Below, piece by piece: positions 37,280 through 47,864 of a stretch of 64,000 bases of DNA. A model generated the notes under the pieces. That model was not told the origin of the DNA, searched no databases, and saw only the letters and a program-made list of their open reading frames with translations. Numbering within the stretch: position 1 is the first letter of the stretch; the number at the start of each line of letters is the position of its first letter. The position numbers and the translations under genes were made by a program. Source of the DNA: Pocillopora damicornis (lineage: Eukaryota); contig NW_020843601.1 of assembly GCF_003704095.1 (NCBI RefSeq), positions 124,001 to 188,000 on the forward strand, written 5' to 3'.

Positions 37280-39582
37280 ATGGAAGAGAATCCGCGCGAA
37301 AGTGAAAAAACATCCGAAGAAACGAAAGGAAAATCCAGCCTTCGTGAACGTTTCAAGATGTTTGGATGCACGCTTGAGTTATTTTATTACAAGGTTGTGT
37401 TCTTCGTCTCTTATGGCGCTTTCGGTTGTTTAATGACTTTCCTTCCCTTGTACTTCAAGCAACTAGGTTTGACTGCTGGTCAGACAGGAGTACTTATCGG
37501 AGTGCGCCCTCTTTGTCAGGCCGTAGGAGCACCCTTATGGGGAGTCCTTGCCGACAAATACAAACGACGGAAAGCCATTCTTCTTATCGGGGCTACGGCT
37601 TGGTTGGTCAAGAATATGTTAATTTTGGCTGTTCCTTCGAGTCACCAAGATTGTGTTGCACTCGCTGAAGGCAAATCCCATTTCGCACAGACAGACATTA
37701 AGCTGGATTCTCGAGTGATTTCCATCGACTTAAATTCCACTTTGCCCACCGATTTAACGCAGACAGGTACGCCAACTCCAGCTCTTGATTACTTAATACA
37801 AGTAGACGAAGCAAAGCTCTGGAAATTGTTTTACATACTTCTCGGTATCGTGGTCGTCGGGGAGATGTTTGGCTCTATCCTCCACCCTCTTTTGGATGGT
37901 TGTGCTGTGGACTACCTCGGCGACGAGAGAAAGTCCTACGGCCGCCTGCGTACATGGGGTTCCGTAGGAATGGTGGTAACTAATTTGCTCATTGGCCTCG
38001 TAATAAATCACTACACTTACGAGTACTGTGGCGAAATACACAAACGTTACTCCATCGCCTTTTACTTTTTCGCCGCGTTCATGGTTATTACGATGATCTT
38101 TTTAGTCTTGGTTAAAATCGTCTACTCCGATGGACCGAAGGAGGTATCGTTATCGGCCATCAAGGACCTATTTGATTCTCGTGTAAAATGTTCATTTTGG
38201 CTCGCTGCAATTGCCCTCGGAATAAGCGATGGATTTCAGGGGGATTTCAATTCATGGTTCCTTGACGATCTCAAAGCCACTTCCTTCGAGGTTGGTTTAG
38301 CTGCATCCTTACACTTCGTCTTCAGTGCCCTGTGCTTCTTCTTCGCCAACTACATGCTGGAACGTTTTGGTTATTTCATGACAATTGCTGGAGGAGTTGC
38401 TCTGTACGCAATCTTGTTCATCTGCTTTTCCTTCGCTCAAAGCCCATGGGTTGCAATTGTGTACTACGTTATCATCGGGGGAGTGTTTGCTGTGTTCTGG
38501 ACATCCTGTGTGACCTATGTTGGATCCATCGCCTCCCCTCTCGCTATCGGAGCCGCTGCTCAAGGTAAACAAAATCTCAGACAAAGAAATTCCAATTAAG
38601 AGTCCCACGCTCCTCAGGATCGCAGTTTATGTTCTCTTTTTGATCTTCGATAGGTCCATAACTCTGGAGACATAAAAGCTAAAACGAATCGTTTCTTGTC
38701 ACTCGCGTTTTCGCGCGCTTGAAGGTGCTTGCGTATGTTGATCCTTAATAACTGTTGATTAATTCTGATTTGATTTTCATTTCGATCGCTTTTTGTAATT
38801 TTTGAAAGGAGTTGTTTGTTATTTTCCCTGTCCCAAAAGTTTTCTTCCGGTTTTTCTCCCTTCTGATATTCGACGCTCAAAATTCTCTCTCACCTCAACT
38901 TCTGTAATGAAAAATTGTAAGCGAAAAGCAATAATGCCCTTGCACAAATGCAACTGCTATAGTTCAAGTCAATCTATTAAATTCAATGAGAGTTTTGAGT
39001 TTTCAATAGTGTTCATCGGCCTGGAAGAGCGGCTTTTTTTCCTGCATCAGCCTTTCTTGAAAATAGAGGGGGCAATTTTATAAAGAAACTGAGGTGCTGC
39101 GTCGGTGAGAGTATAGCGGGGTAATTTAGTGTTAACAACTGAGTTGAAAACGTAAATTGGCCACCGTAAAAAGTTAAAAGGCTGGCGTTTCGAGCGTTAG
39201 CCTTCGTCAGAGCGATTGGCGAGGGGCTAACGCTCAAAACGTCAGCCTTTTAACTCTTTACGGTGGCCAATTTACGTTTTCGACTCAGTTGTTAACACTA
39301 AATTACTTTCTTGAAAATACTTTTGCGAGATATCACTTTCTTCCCACAGGAATCCTAAACGGACTCTTTGTTGGTGTTGGAATCGGCGGGGGAACCATCT
39401 TGGGCGGATTGTTGGTGGGCTGGATTGGAATGCGTGCAGCATACAGATTTTTTGCGTTTTTCCTTGCTCTGATTTTAATGCTGTTTCTTGGCTTGCAATG
39501 GTCAGGAAGACAAGAAAATAGCGGAGAATCAACGTCATCCTACCAACCTGTGCCGAATCAGCCAGATGATCAAGAGGAATAA
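37280..39582 (+). CDS. Major facilitator superfamily transporter, MFSD6-like, 505 aa. Exons 37280-38564 and 39350-39582
   Basis: Motifs FLPLYFKQLGL, APLWGVLADKYKRRK, YGRLRTWGSVG, AQGILNGLFVGVGIGGGTILGG, and about 12 hydrophobic segments. Phase-1 intron CAAG|GTAAAC...CCACAG|GA gives 1518 nt of open frame. Confidence 0.9.
39082..39306. mobile_element. Palindromic Penelope-type terminal repeat in the MFS gene intron (186-bp near-perfect hairpin 39121-39306)
   Basis: gtaatttagtgttaacaactgagt...ggccaccgtaaa...gcgttagccttcgtca / tggcgaggggctaacgc...tttacggtggcc...actcagttgttaacactaaattac. The minus strand has CTGACGA-stem-GAAAC. Confidence 0.8.
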
Positions 39583-41319
39583 AGGAGTTTTATTCGCGTC
39601 TTCCTGGTTTCCTATGATCGAAGCGACCATACGAGAAGAGAAATTTCATTGTCAGAATCAGAACTCTGAACGTGTGGTTTAGAATTCAAATTGGTTCAAT
39701 TTTAAGCCGTTTTCTCAAAATTATAATCGAGGTTGTCATGGGTGTCGCTCCTTGTTGTTCAAGGAATATACAAAAAACTTTATTTACATCTCATGATTTT
39801 TAAAGTTGGATAGATAAAAACTAAACTTTATTCGACAAAGTTTATAAGAATAACTATAAAATATGTTTTAATAAATCCAGCTCTAAGAGTACATCTGCAA
39901 ATATACAGCCTACCTATAAAGTCAAACGGAAGCAATTGAGCTGTTTAGATTTAAACTAGCAAAATATTATCATCCGTTGGTCGTTTTGAGTTAGCAATAT
40001 GTCGTTGTAAATAAATTATTAAAATCCAAAGGACTCCCATTCGATGTATTACAAAGCCTGTCATTAACCTTCCGTTGCTTCCCTGAATATTCTGATTGCT
40101 ATCAAATGATCAATACCACGCAGACATCCGGCGTTCGAAAACTATCTCAGTTCCCCATTGCTGACGGCACGTTCGTAAAAATAATATGTAATGATGAAAG
40201 GGAAAGGCATTTTGACTTGGTATTGACTGGGGAAATCAGAGAAGAAAAATTTGCTTCTAGCCAGGATACGTTTAAACAAAACTTGCAGTGTTATCTTCCA
40301 AAACTATACGAAAAACCCAAAGCACATGCATCGATTCAGATCAGTCCAGCATTAAGGCTCCAAGTCAAGGATGTACCTGAAGAAGTGAAAGGAAGAATTT
40401 CTGGCTACAAATTCAAAGCAAGGAGATTAAAAAGAATTCCACATGCACTTTAACCAAAAACACTTCCATTTACGTATCAAAAAATACGCCACCTGAGGCT
40501 AATATACATAAGAAAACAATATGATTAATTAAAAATGCAACCTGCTGGGAAAACATTTGAGGGAAATTGATGTTTACGTTAAGCGGAATTTGACTTTCAA
40601 AAATCACACTTTTTTGAACGTTGGAGTTTCCATTTGAAAGTTTTAAAATTGATAGTTTGTATAGAAAATGGAAATTTGTTTCAAAAGCGGGTCGTGAAAT
40701 GTCGTTTTCTCGATTTTCTTGGAGAAGGAACTCGGAGACAGTATTTTTTGTCGTATTTATTTGCTTAAACGACAAGCCACTCGTGCCCTATGCATCCTTC
40801 ACACTAGAATGTTCAAGCCTCATCGCATAGATCCACGGATACACTGCGGAGCTTAAAAAAAACAAAGAGAAACATCAAATCCACGCACGGTTATAAAGTC
40901 TGCGACGGCAGCGGTCGTTTGTACCAATCTCCAGAATACTGACATGCAGCACTCACCGGCGTAGACAGAAAAACAGCCACTAGCACAACTATCGCCGTAG
41001 TAGGGATTGAAGTTTTTGTTAGCTTCCGAGCACTCTTTGTCTCGGGAGAAAACCGAGACGCTGTTCTCTTCGGCAGTGACTCTCCTCGACTCGTTATGCG
41101 CAGTTTTCATAGTTTTCCATAGCGGTAGAAAACGATCACTTTCGGGAAAAGTCCTGAAAGCGTCCCAAAGGAAACTCACAGTTTTGGCAGGTCTTCATTG
41201 TCTAGGGAAAAGGAAGTTGCGTTCAGTGTAAAGCCGAAAAACCACACGCTTGTGATTGCGATGCAAGTGCGCTTTACAGTACCGCAAGGAATGGATAATA
41301 CCGATATAGCCATATATAC

Positions 41320-41454
41320 ATTACATACCAGCCTGGCGGAAGCATTCAGAACTCTCTGAATTTTCGCAATCTGGATGTTTGGCAGTCCATGCAATAGGCT
41401 ATTGTAAAAGTCGATGTGGGACGTTACGAAAGCATAGACTAACGTCTCCGTTAC
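41320..41454 (-). mobile_element. L2/CR1-clade LINE ORF2 fragment (region C-terminal to RT)
   Basis: Translation TETLVYAFVTSHIDFYNSLLHGLPNIQIAKIQRVLNASARLVCN matches the L2/CR1 signature TLVHAFVTSRLDYCNSLLxGLP...KLQRVQNxAARL. Confidence 0.85.
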
Positions 41455-42126
41455 TTAGTCGTACACAGCCATTCAGTTATCAAGACTTTAATATTAGGGT
41501 GTATTTTTAAAACGCGACACCCCTAACAGTAATCCAATTTGATAAAATAAAGACTGGAAAGAAGATACTTTTAGCACATCTATTAAAGTTGGAACAATTG
41601 TTGGCATATTTCCAATGGAAAGACTGGGAGGTATTATGAGATTTATTCATTAAAACTTGCTTGCATGATGTTGGCGTAGTGTTCATAGATTTTCAAAAGA
41701 ATATAATAACCATTGAGCATTTCTTGGAAATTAAACGAAGAAAAGACATTATTCGTGATGATATCGACATCTCTTCACCGATTGATTTACACAACATATA
41801 GTATAGTGTCAAGGGGCTAATATGGATAATTTTGATAGGATAATTTTAGCTTACGCAACGATTAAATAAACCAGAGTTTTGTGTAAACGGGTCACGGTAT
41901 CCCACGGTTTTCTGCACGGTCGTTTTCGTTCCAAGTGATTTATCCTCTACTAAGCACTATTGTAACTCTCTTTAGTAATAACCATCTCCTGAATTAAGTT
42001 TCACATCTGTAAAAGACTTTACTTGTCACAGTGTTCTTAAAAAGCAAAGTCGATTGCCCTGAATTGTTCCAGACAGGAGATGTTCAGACCTAAACCTCCA
42101 CAATCGTAAAAAACTGAACCATGCAT

Positions 42127-43155
42127 TCAGGAGGCAGCTAAAGAAAGATGCTGAGGATTCATTGTGCTTTTCTGTTCTTTATCTCTTGTTCGAATTTCTT
42201 CATCAGTGACCGTAACAACGTCAACCTTCATACCGTGACATTTACATATCATGCAGTACACCCCACTCTGGACTACAATTCTCCTCAAGGCCTGTTTAAA
42301 CTCCCTCGATCTTAAAAAGTAGATCCACGGATTCAACGCGGAACTGGCGAAAGCGAGAGTATCAACCCAGAACCATGTACTGGAGTCAATTCGGTGTTTT
42401 AAACATTCGTCTGATGTTAAAGCTTGAACAAAAGACAAAATACAAGATGGAAACCACAGCACGAAGCATGCTCCGATGACTAGAGCCGCTGTCCAAGTGG
42501 CCTTCCGGTTTTTACGAATTTTAACCGCCTCTCGTCTGTCCACGATGTGTTCACAAGCAATTCTTCGCGCTTGCGCTGAAGCAGTTTTGTAGATATGGAA
42601 ATAACAAAATGAGATTCCTGACAACGGTACGATAAACACCACGATATAAGAAACAAGCCACAACCTGGGAAGAGCATGAAATTCTGTAATAAATAGTCGT
42701 GGCAAAGGTACAATAAAAGAACAAACCCACACCAAACCTATAAAGCGTAAACATCTTTCGGTTGTCACGTAGCTTTCATATCGGAATACGGCAACTATGG
42801 CCAGATATCGATCGATGCTCACACAACATAAGTTGTATGTTGTAGCTGTCAGTGTTTGTAAGGTTATGACCGCTGCTGCAATGGTTAGAGGGTGCGAGTT
42901 GACGTCGACAGCCATCCCCGCTTTAACAGCATAAAGCGGGTTCATAACCAAACCGACGAAAAAATCAGCAACGGCTAGCGATGCAATAAAAAAGTTGGAA
43001 TTTGTTCGTAGGCCAGGAGTCTTGAAAATTGCCAAGAGTATCATCGAGTTGCCAAAAATTGTCACTGCGCTCAAAATTGAATTTATAACGCACACTGGCA
43101 ATAAATTGGATGAGTATTCAGTGTTTTCACCACACATTTCAGATACTTGAACCAT
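42127..43155 (-). CDS. Class A (rhodopsin-like) GPCR, intronless coding region, orphan; start at 43155 or 43137
   Basis: GN (TM1), SLAVAD (TM2), DRY (TM3), W in TM4, LWFP (TM6), NPWIY (TM7), REFKQA (helix 8). The 5' region abuts the assembly gap. Confidence 0.92.
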   Translation of the reverse strand: MVQVSEMCGENTEYSSNLLPVCVINSILSAVTIFGNSMILLAIFKTPGLRTNSNFFIASLAVADFFVGLVMNPLYAVKAGMAVDVNSHPLTIAAAVITLQTLTATTYNLCCVSIDRYLAIVAVFRYESYVTTERCLRFIGLVWVCSFIVPLPRLFITEFHALPRLWLVSYIVVFIVPLSGISFCYFHIYKTASAQARRIACEHIVDRREAVKIRKNRKATWTAALVIGACFVLWFPSCILSFVQALTSDECLKHRIDSSTWFWVDTLAFASSALNPWIYFLRSREFKQALRRIVVQSGVYCMICKCHGMKVDVVTVTDEEIRTRDKEQKSTMNPQHLSLAAS

Positions 43156-43209
43156 TGAAATTTTCTTTATCGATAAATCCTGATCACTCCTGGATCCTTC
43201 GTCTTGTTT

Positions 43210-43514
43210 NNNNNNNNNNNNNNNNNNNNNNNNNNNNNNNNNNNNNNNNNNNNNNNNNNNNNNNNNNNNNNNNNNNNNNNNNNNNNNNNNNNNNNNNNNN
43301 NNNNNNNNNNNNNNNNNNNNNNNNNNNNNNNNNNNNNNNNNNNNNNNNNNNNNNNNNNNNNNNNNNNNNNNNNNNNNNNNNNNNNNNNNNNNNNNNNNNN
43401 NNNNNNNNNNNNNNNNNNNNNNNNNNNNNNNNNNNNNNNNNNNNNNNNNNNNNNNNNNNNNNNNNNNNNNNNNNNNNNNNNNNNNNNNNNNNNNNNNNNN
43501 NNNNNNNNNNNNNN
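43210..43514. other. Assembly gap (305 N)
   Basis: Run of N characters. Confidence 1.
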
Positions 43515-44559
43515 TATTTGGTTTCCAGCTTCAATGCTTCAGAAATTCAATGAACAACTCGAAAGATAAGATTGACACAAATGGACGTGCTATCTCAGAA
43601 AATTTTAAGTTAAAAGAGGTTTCTTTCATTGACTTTGACAGCTGTCCACCACGGTACCGGGAAACGGCAGCTAAGTAGTCATTTAGCGTACTCAGGTGTT
43701 TAAGACAGATCTTTTTCACGATATTATATTTGCTTAAGTGCCATCGTTTATTGCGAGAAACGAGTAATTTTCCTTACCAATATTGCTTGAAATTGTAAAT
43801 TTATTTTCAAATTCAGAAGAGGAGATCGACGTCATGAATTAAGCGGTTTTGCAGCTGACATAGAGATGAGTGGACTTCTTTGCGTGAGCTCCGAAAGGAG
43901 AATTTCATTTTTATCTGTGCTATGAAAGATAAATCAGACGGACAGCAAACGGATCATATTCAAATATACAATTTCGGAGCTTCGTTTGTTTTTCTAGCTA
44001 GTCCATTCTCTTTTCACTGGAATTAAATAACCAGTCTTACTAAAACATTTTCTCTCGTGCTAGCATCAAACTGTAAAAGAAACAGGTTCCAATTTAGAAC
44101 CTTTGGTCATTTAAAACACAGTCAGTTTTTATTGACAGAATGGATGCAATGAGCACTCTATTTCCAATAGCAATTTTAAAATTACGATAAGTGTTCAGAA
44201 AAGGCAATTTGTTGCGAGGCAGCCTTGATCAATATTACTAATCTACTTGCGTACACTTGTTTGTATTGCTAGTCTAATTCGGGCTTACGCTACTTTTTCT
44301 AATAAGGTCGCGAGCGGATATTTAGTTTTTCTTGAATAGGGGAGGACCTTTTCTTTTACTCATGAAGACTTCAAGCTAAATGTAACTCCAAACAAACACA
44401 CTTTTCATGCTACTCTGTTGAAATAAACTTGACAAGATATGATCCTGATCTTTCAATAGGCGGCCCAAAAATAATCTCTGAAAGCGTATCCGTCTCATTC
44501 GACTGGATTCGCAGTGATAATTAGGAAACGTGTGGCAGCTGAACTTAGTGGTGAATATA

Positions 44560-45435
44560 AATAATTTAGTTCAATTTTATCGCCCGAATCGATAATGTAA
44601 ATTGGCCCAGAAAAGATTCTCTAAAGCTGACGTTTCGAGCTTTGGCCATTCGCCATTTGCTCTGACGATGGGCTAATGCTCGAAACGTCACCTACAGAAA
44701 CTCTTTACAGTGGCCAACTAACTTTATCAAGTCAGGGTTTCAGTTCATATGAGCGCAGTTGACCGGGCTAGCCCGGTTTCCGAGATCTTGGCACATCTCT
44801 AATCTATTTTAAAAGTCTAGACGTGTTCATATGAGCGGGTTGTCTGGATCGGTTCCCGATCTCAATTTTTACCGAGCGGGATCTCGGGAACCGAGCAGGA
44901 AATTTATACCATATGTACACTCGATTACCGGGATGGAATTTTTTTTCAACTACGTATGTCACCGATTAGGCCACTTGCGGAGTGCGGCCTCAGACAACGT
45001 GGTCAAAAATGGCGGCAAGTGAGCCGATTTCTTCATCCGCCTCCAACTTTGCAGACAGTAGTTCCGCTTCCGCGACAAGGCGGCACGGATGGCATCATGG
45101 TGCTTTGTCTGCTGTATTTTCCACAGCATAAGTATCCCATTTAGCTGCGTTATACAGCTACAAGAGCAGAAAAAGCTCAGAAAGGTGCGAAAATGATGAC
45201 TTTGCGTTTCGCCGCCATGTTTGTTTTGTTTCTCAAATGTCGCGCCAAGAACTAATCCCCAGGATCTACGCACGTTGTCTCGTTTTAGTAAACGGGCTGA
45301 AATTTCTCACATGAACACAACACAGCCAGGTCAACCAGGTTCGTGCTAACAGAGCCTCAGGTGACAAAACCAAATTGTCTTGAAATAAACCCTACTGACG
45401 CAGCACCACAGTTTCTCTAAAAGCTTACTCTCCTG
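44560..45435. mobile_element. Penelope-type palindromic terminus interrupted by a TIR element of about 620 bp (44735-45356)
   Basis: The host sequence ...ttatcaagTCA|insert|TCAggtgacaaaaccaaattgtcttg...gacgcagcaccacagtttc resumes after the insert. A 3-bp TCA duplication flanks it, and it has degenerate inverted termini containing gttgacc.ggct. Confidence 0.7.
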
Positions 45436-47864
45436 AAAAGTCTTAAAAACCTAACATGAAAATGCAACTCATATTCCATTAAGAACTTAGGACATGTTTT
45501 CGAAAGTTCTGGTAACCTTTTTCTGCCCGACGTTGTATTTGAAATTCGAGCGCGAATCAATTTTGAGTCACGAGTCATGTTTGATTCGATTCTAATTTTT
45601 CACTTTATTATTTTTTCTTTAAGTGTTTGATTTCTGTGTCAAAATGATGCACCAGAATCACCAGAATAGTAGTTTTAAGCTAAAAACCTTTAACACACAC
45701 CTGAGGTATCATTTCTCTGGCCAAACGTTTGTTTCACCAGAATGCTCATGTCCAACTTTTGTTGTTTTCCTCGGGTTTCAGCTGTGCGAAATTTACGAAG
45801 CATCACATTGTTGTAGAGACATAATATGTGGAATACACAACGCACGATATACGCTGTGTCGCATGCATGAACAAGACGTTGAAATAAATACGAGTTCAAC
45901 GTTTCGTCAAGAGAGCATCAGTTGTGGTTGTCAGCAGAGTCCAAATATGTTTTCACGGACAATAACAGCTTTTGAAACGTTTCTTTAACCTCGTGACAAT
46001 TCTATAACACGGTAAGTGCGCTTAATAACAACTAGATAGTTGAATGAGGGAATGCTTGTGTCTTTATAGGACTGACGAAAGGAACCGTTTCAGCGGAAGT
46101 AAAAGGTAAACAATTTAGTTAAACGGACGGGTTTGATTCTATTTCGTTTTGCTTTTTGACGGCAACAACAATAGTGTCTTTTTCCAACGATATTGTTTGA
46201 TTTGAGGAAAAAAAATTGAGTGGACTCGAATTTGTCCTGCCACTGAAACTTGACTTGTGATACGATATAACTCTTCAACTTTGGGTTTGGTATTTTTAGA
46301 TGACACTCTCTTGAAAGTACCCAATATGTTTGTGCGAGCTGTTTCCATTAAAAATCAGTCATGTCAGAAACCCACCCTGGTAATCAGCCAGAAAAAGTAA
46401 AGAAAGCTTTTCTTAGAAGCGAAAGAAAAGGGAAAAACGTTCAGCAAAAGAGTAGTTCCCTACGCCTGCCACTCCCCGCCCCTCCCCTGCACCCGGATAT
46501 TTATAATGGTGTAAGGGGAAACAATTTCAAAGACAAAGCTTAAGACTAAGGGCCAAACTTTCCTAAAACATAGATCAGTAAGCTTTGTTACCCTTCCAAA
46601 AACATTTCAAAAATGAAGCACTTCATACAAAGTTGCAATTGATGTAAGCCCAAATTTATTACAACGTTAAAAATGGGAAAAACCGAAGTGTGATTCAAAC
46701 GTATGACGGAACCATGAGGTTCCCATATGGTTAAAAATTACATACAACCTTTGTGGTCGAACATGTATCGCTGTGGGTTGGGTTATCTCCAAGTATCATG
46801 GAGGTAAAGACAACTTTTTAATTCACCGCACATTTGGTAAAATTGCTTGGAGAATTTGAGTTGTAAGTCAACTGCACCCCTGAAATTATATGGATTTTTG
46901 TGTGTGTGTGTGTTCCGCTCATCGAAAACGTATCATATGGTGTAATGCCATAAGGACATGAAAATAAAAATGAAGTGTGTGCGAAATGGAAACTAGAAAG
47001 CTACACTTTCAATACAGAAAAACTACTACGTGTCAATGCTAAATAACCTAGGAAGGAGTCTGTTTTGTTTTGTTGAACTTCACTGCAAATGGAAAGTCAA
47101 AACGAAGAAAATGATTACATGAAATGAAACAGTGATCGAAACATTGTAATACGATGTTTGTTTATTTTTTTTTTGTTTTAACAACGAATAAAACGCTTTC
47201 AAAATTGGAGTAAGATCCAAGAAAAAACAAGGCGACGATTCACTCAAAACTAAAAATATGAATAAATATGGTAGGTTTAGGTTTAAGTAGTAAAATCCAA
47301 ATTTGTTCAAGCAATCACAAAAAAAGATGCACACCTGTGAATTCATGCGAAAGTATTTTTTTTCTTTCTTCAATCTGGACTACCTCACTACCACTCATCA
47401 CTCAGAATTTGAGAAAAGACTCGATAAAAAGCAAACCTCAGTTTCCTCAAATAAACAAGGAAAAAAATAAGCGAAGTTCAAAATCAAAATTGAGAGCTTC
47501 ATTAATGGTAACAAAACCGAAAGGCCTTCTTTGTACTGTAGATAAACTAGTAAAGTTAGTGTTATAAATATTTAGAACACGAGAAAAAAAACTGCAAAAT
47601 AAGTCTTCAAAACCCTGCAAACGATCTCCAGTTGCAAACAACTTTTCAGTTGGTTCTTAAAGCTCTCAGGCTACTAAAGCGATTGGTCACGATTAAGCTG
47701 TTGTTTCGTCTGCAAAAAAGCGACCTAGGCTGCTTGGAACGACATAATTAAAGTTACTAACTAAAAACTAAAAATCTACTGTTTTCAACTCGAATGAAAT
47801 GCGTGTTTTATATATGTTGACATTTTCTCTCAGCAAAGGTAAGTCCTCAGATTGTTCCTGTTCT

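Noticed and set aside
40106-40453. 115-aa ATG-initiated ORF, vaguely gag-like
   Set aside because: No recognisable motif, LTR or pol sequence, and no splice support.
43110-43569. ORFs spanning the N-run
   Set aside because: Artefacts of the assembly gap.
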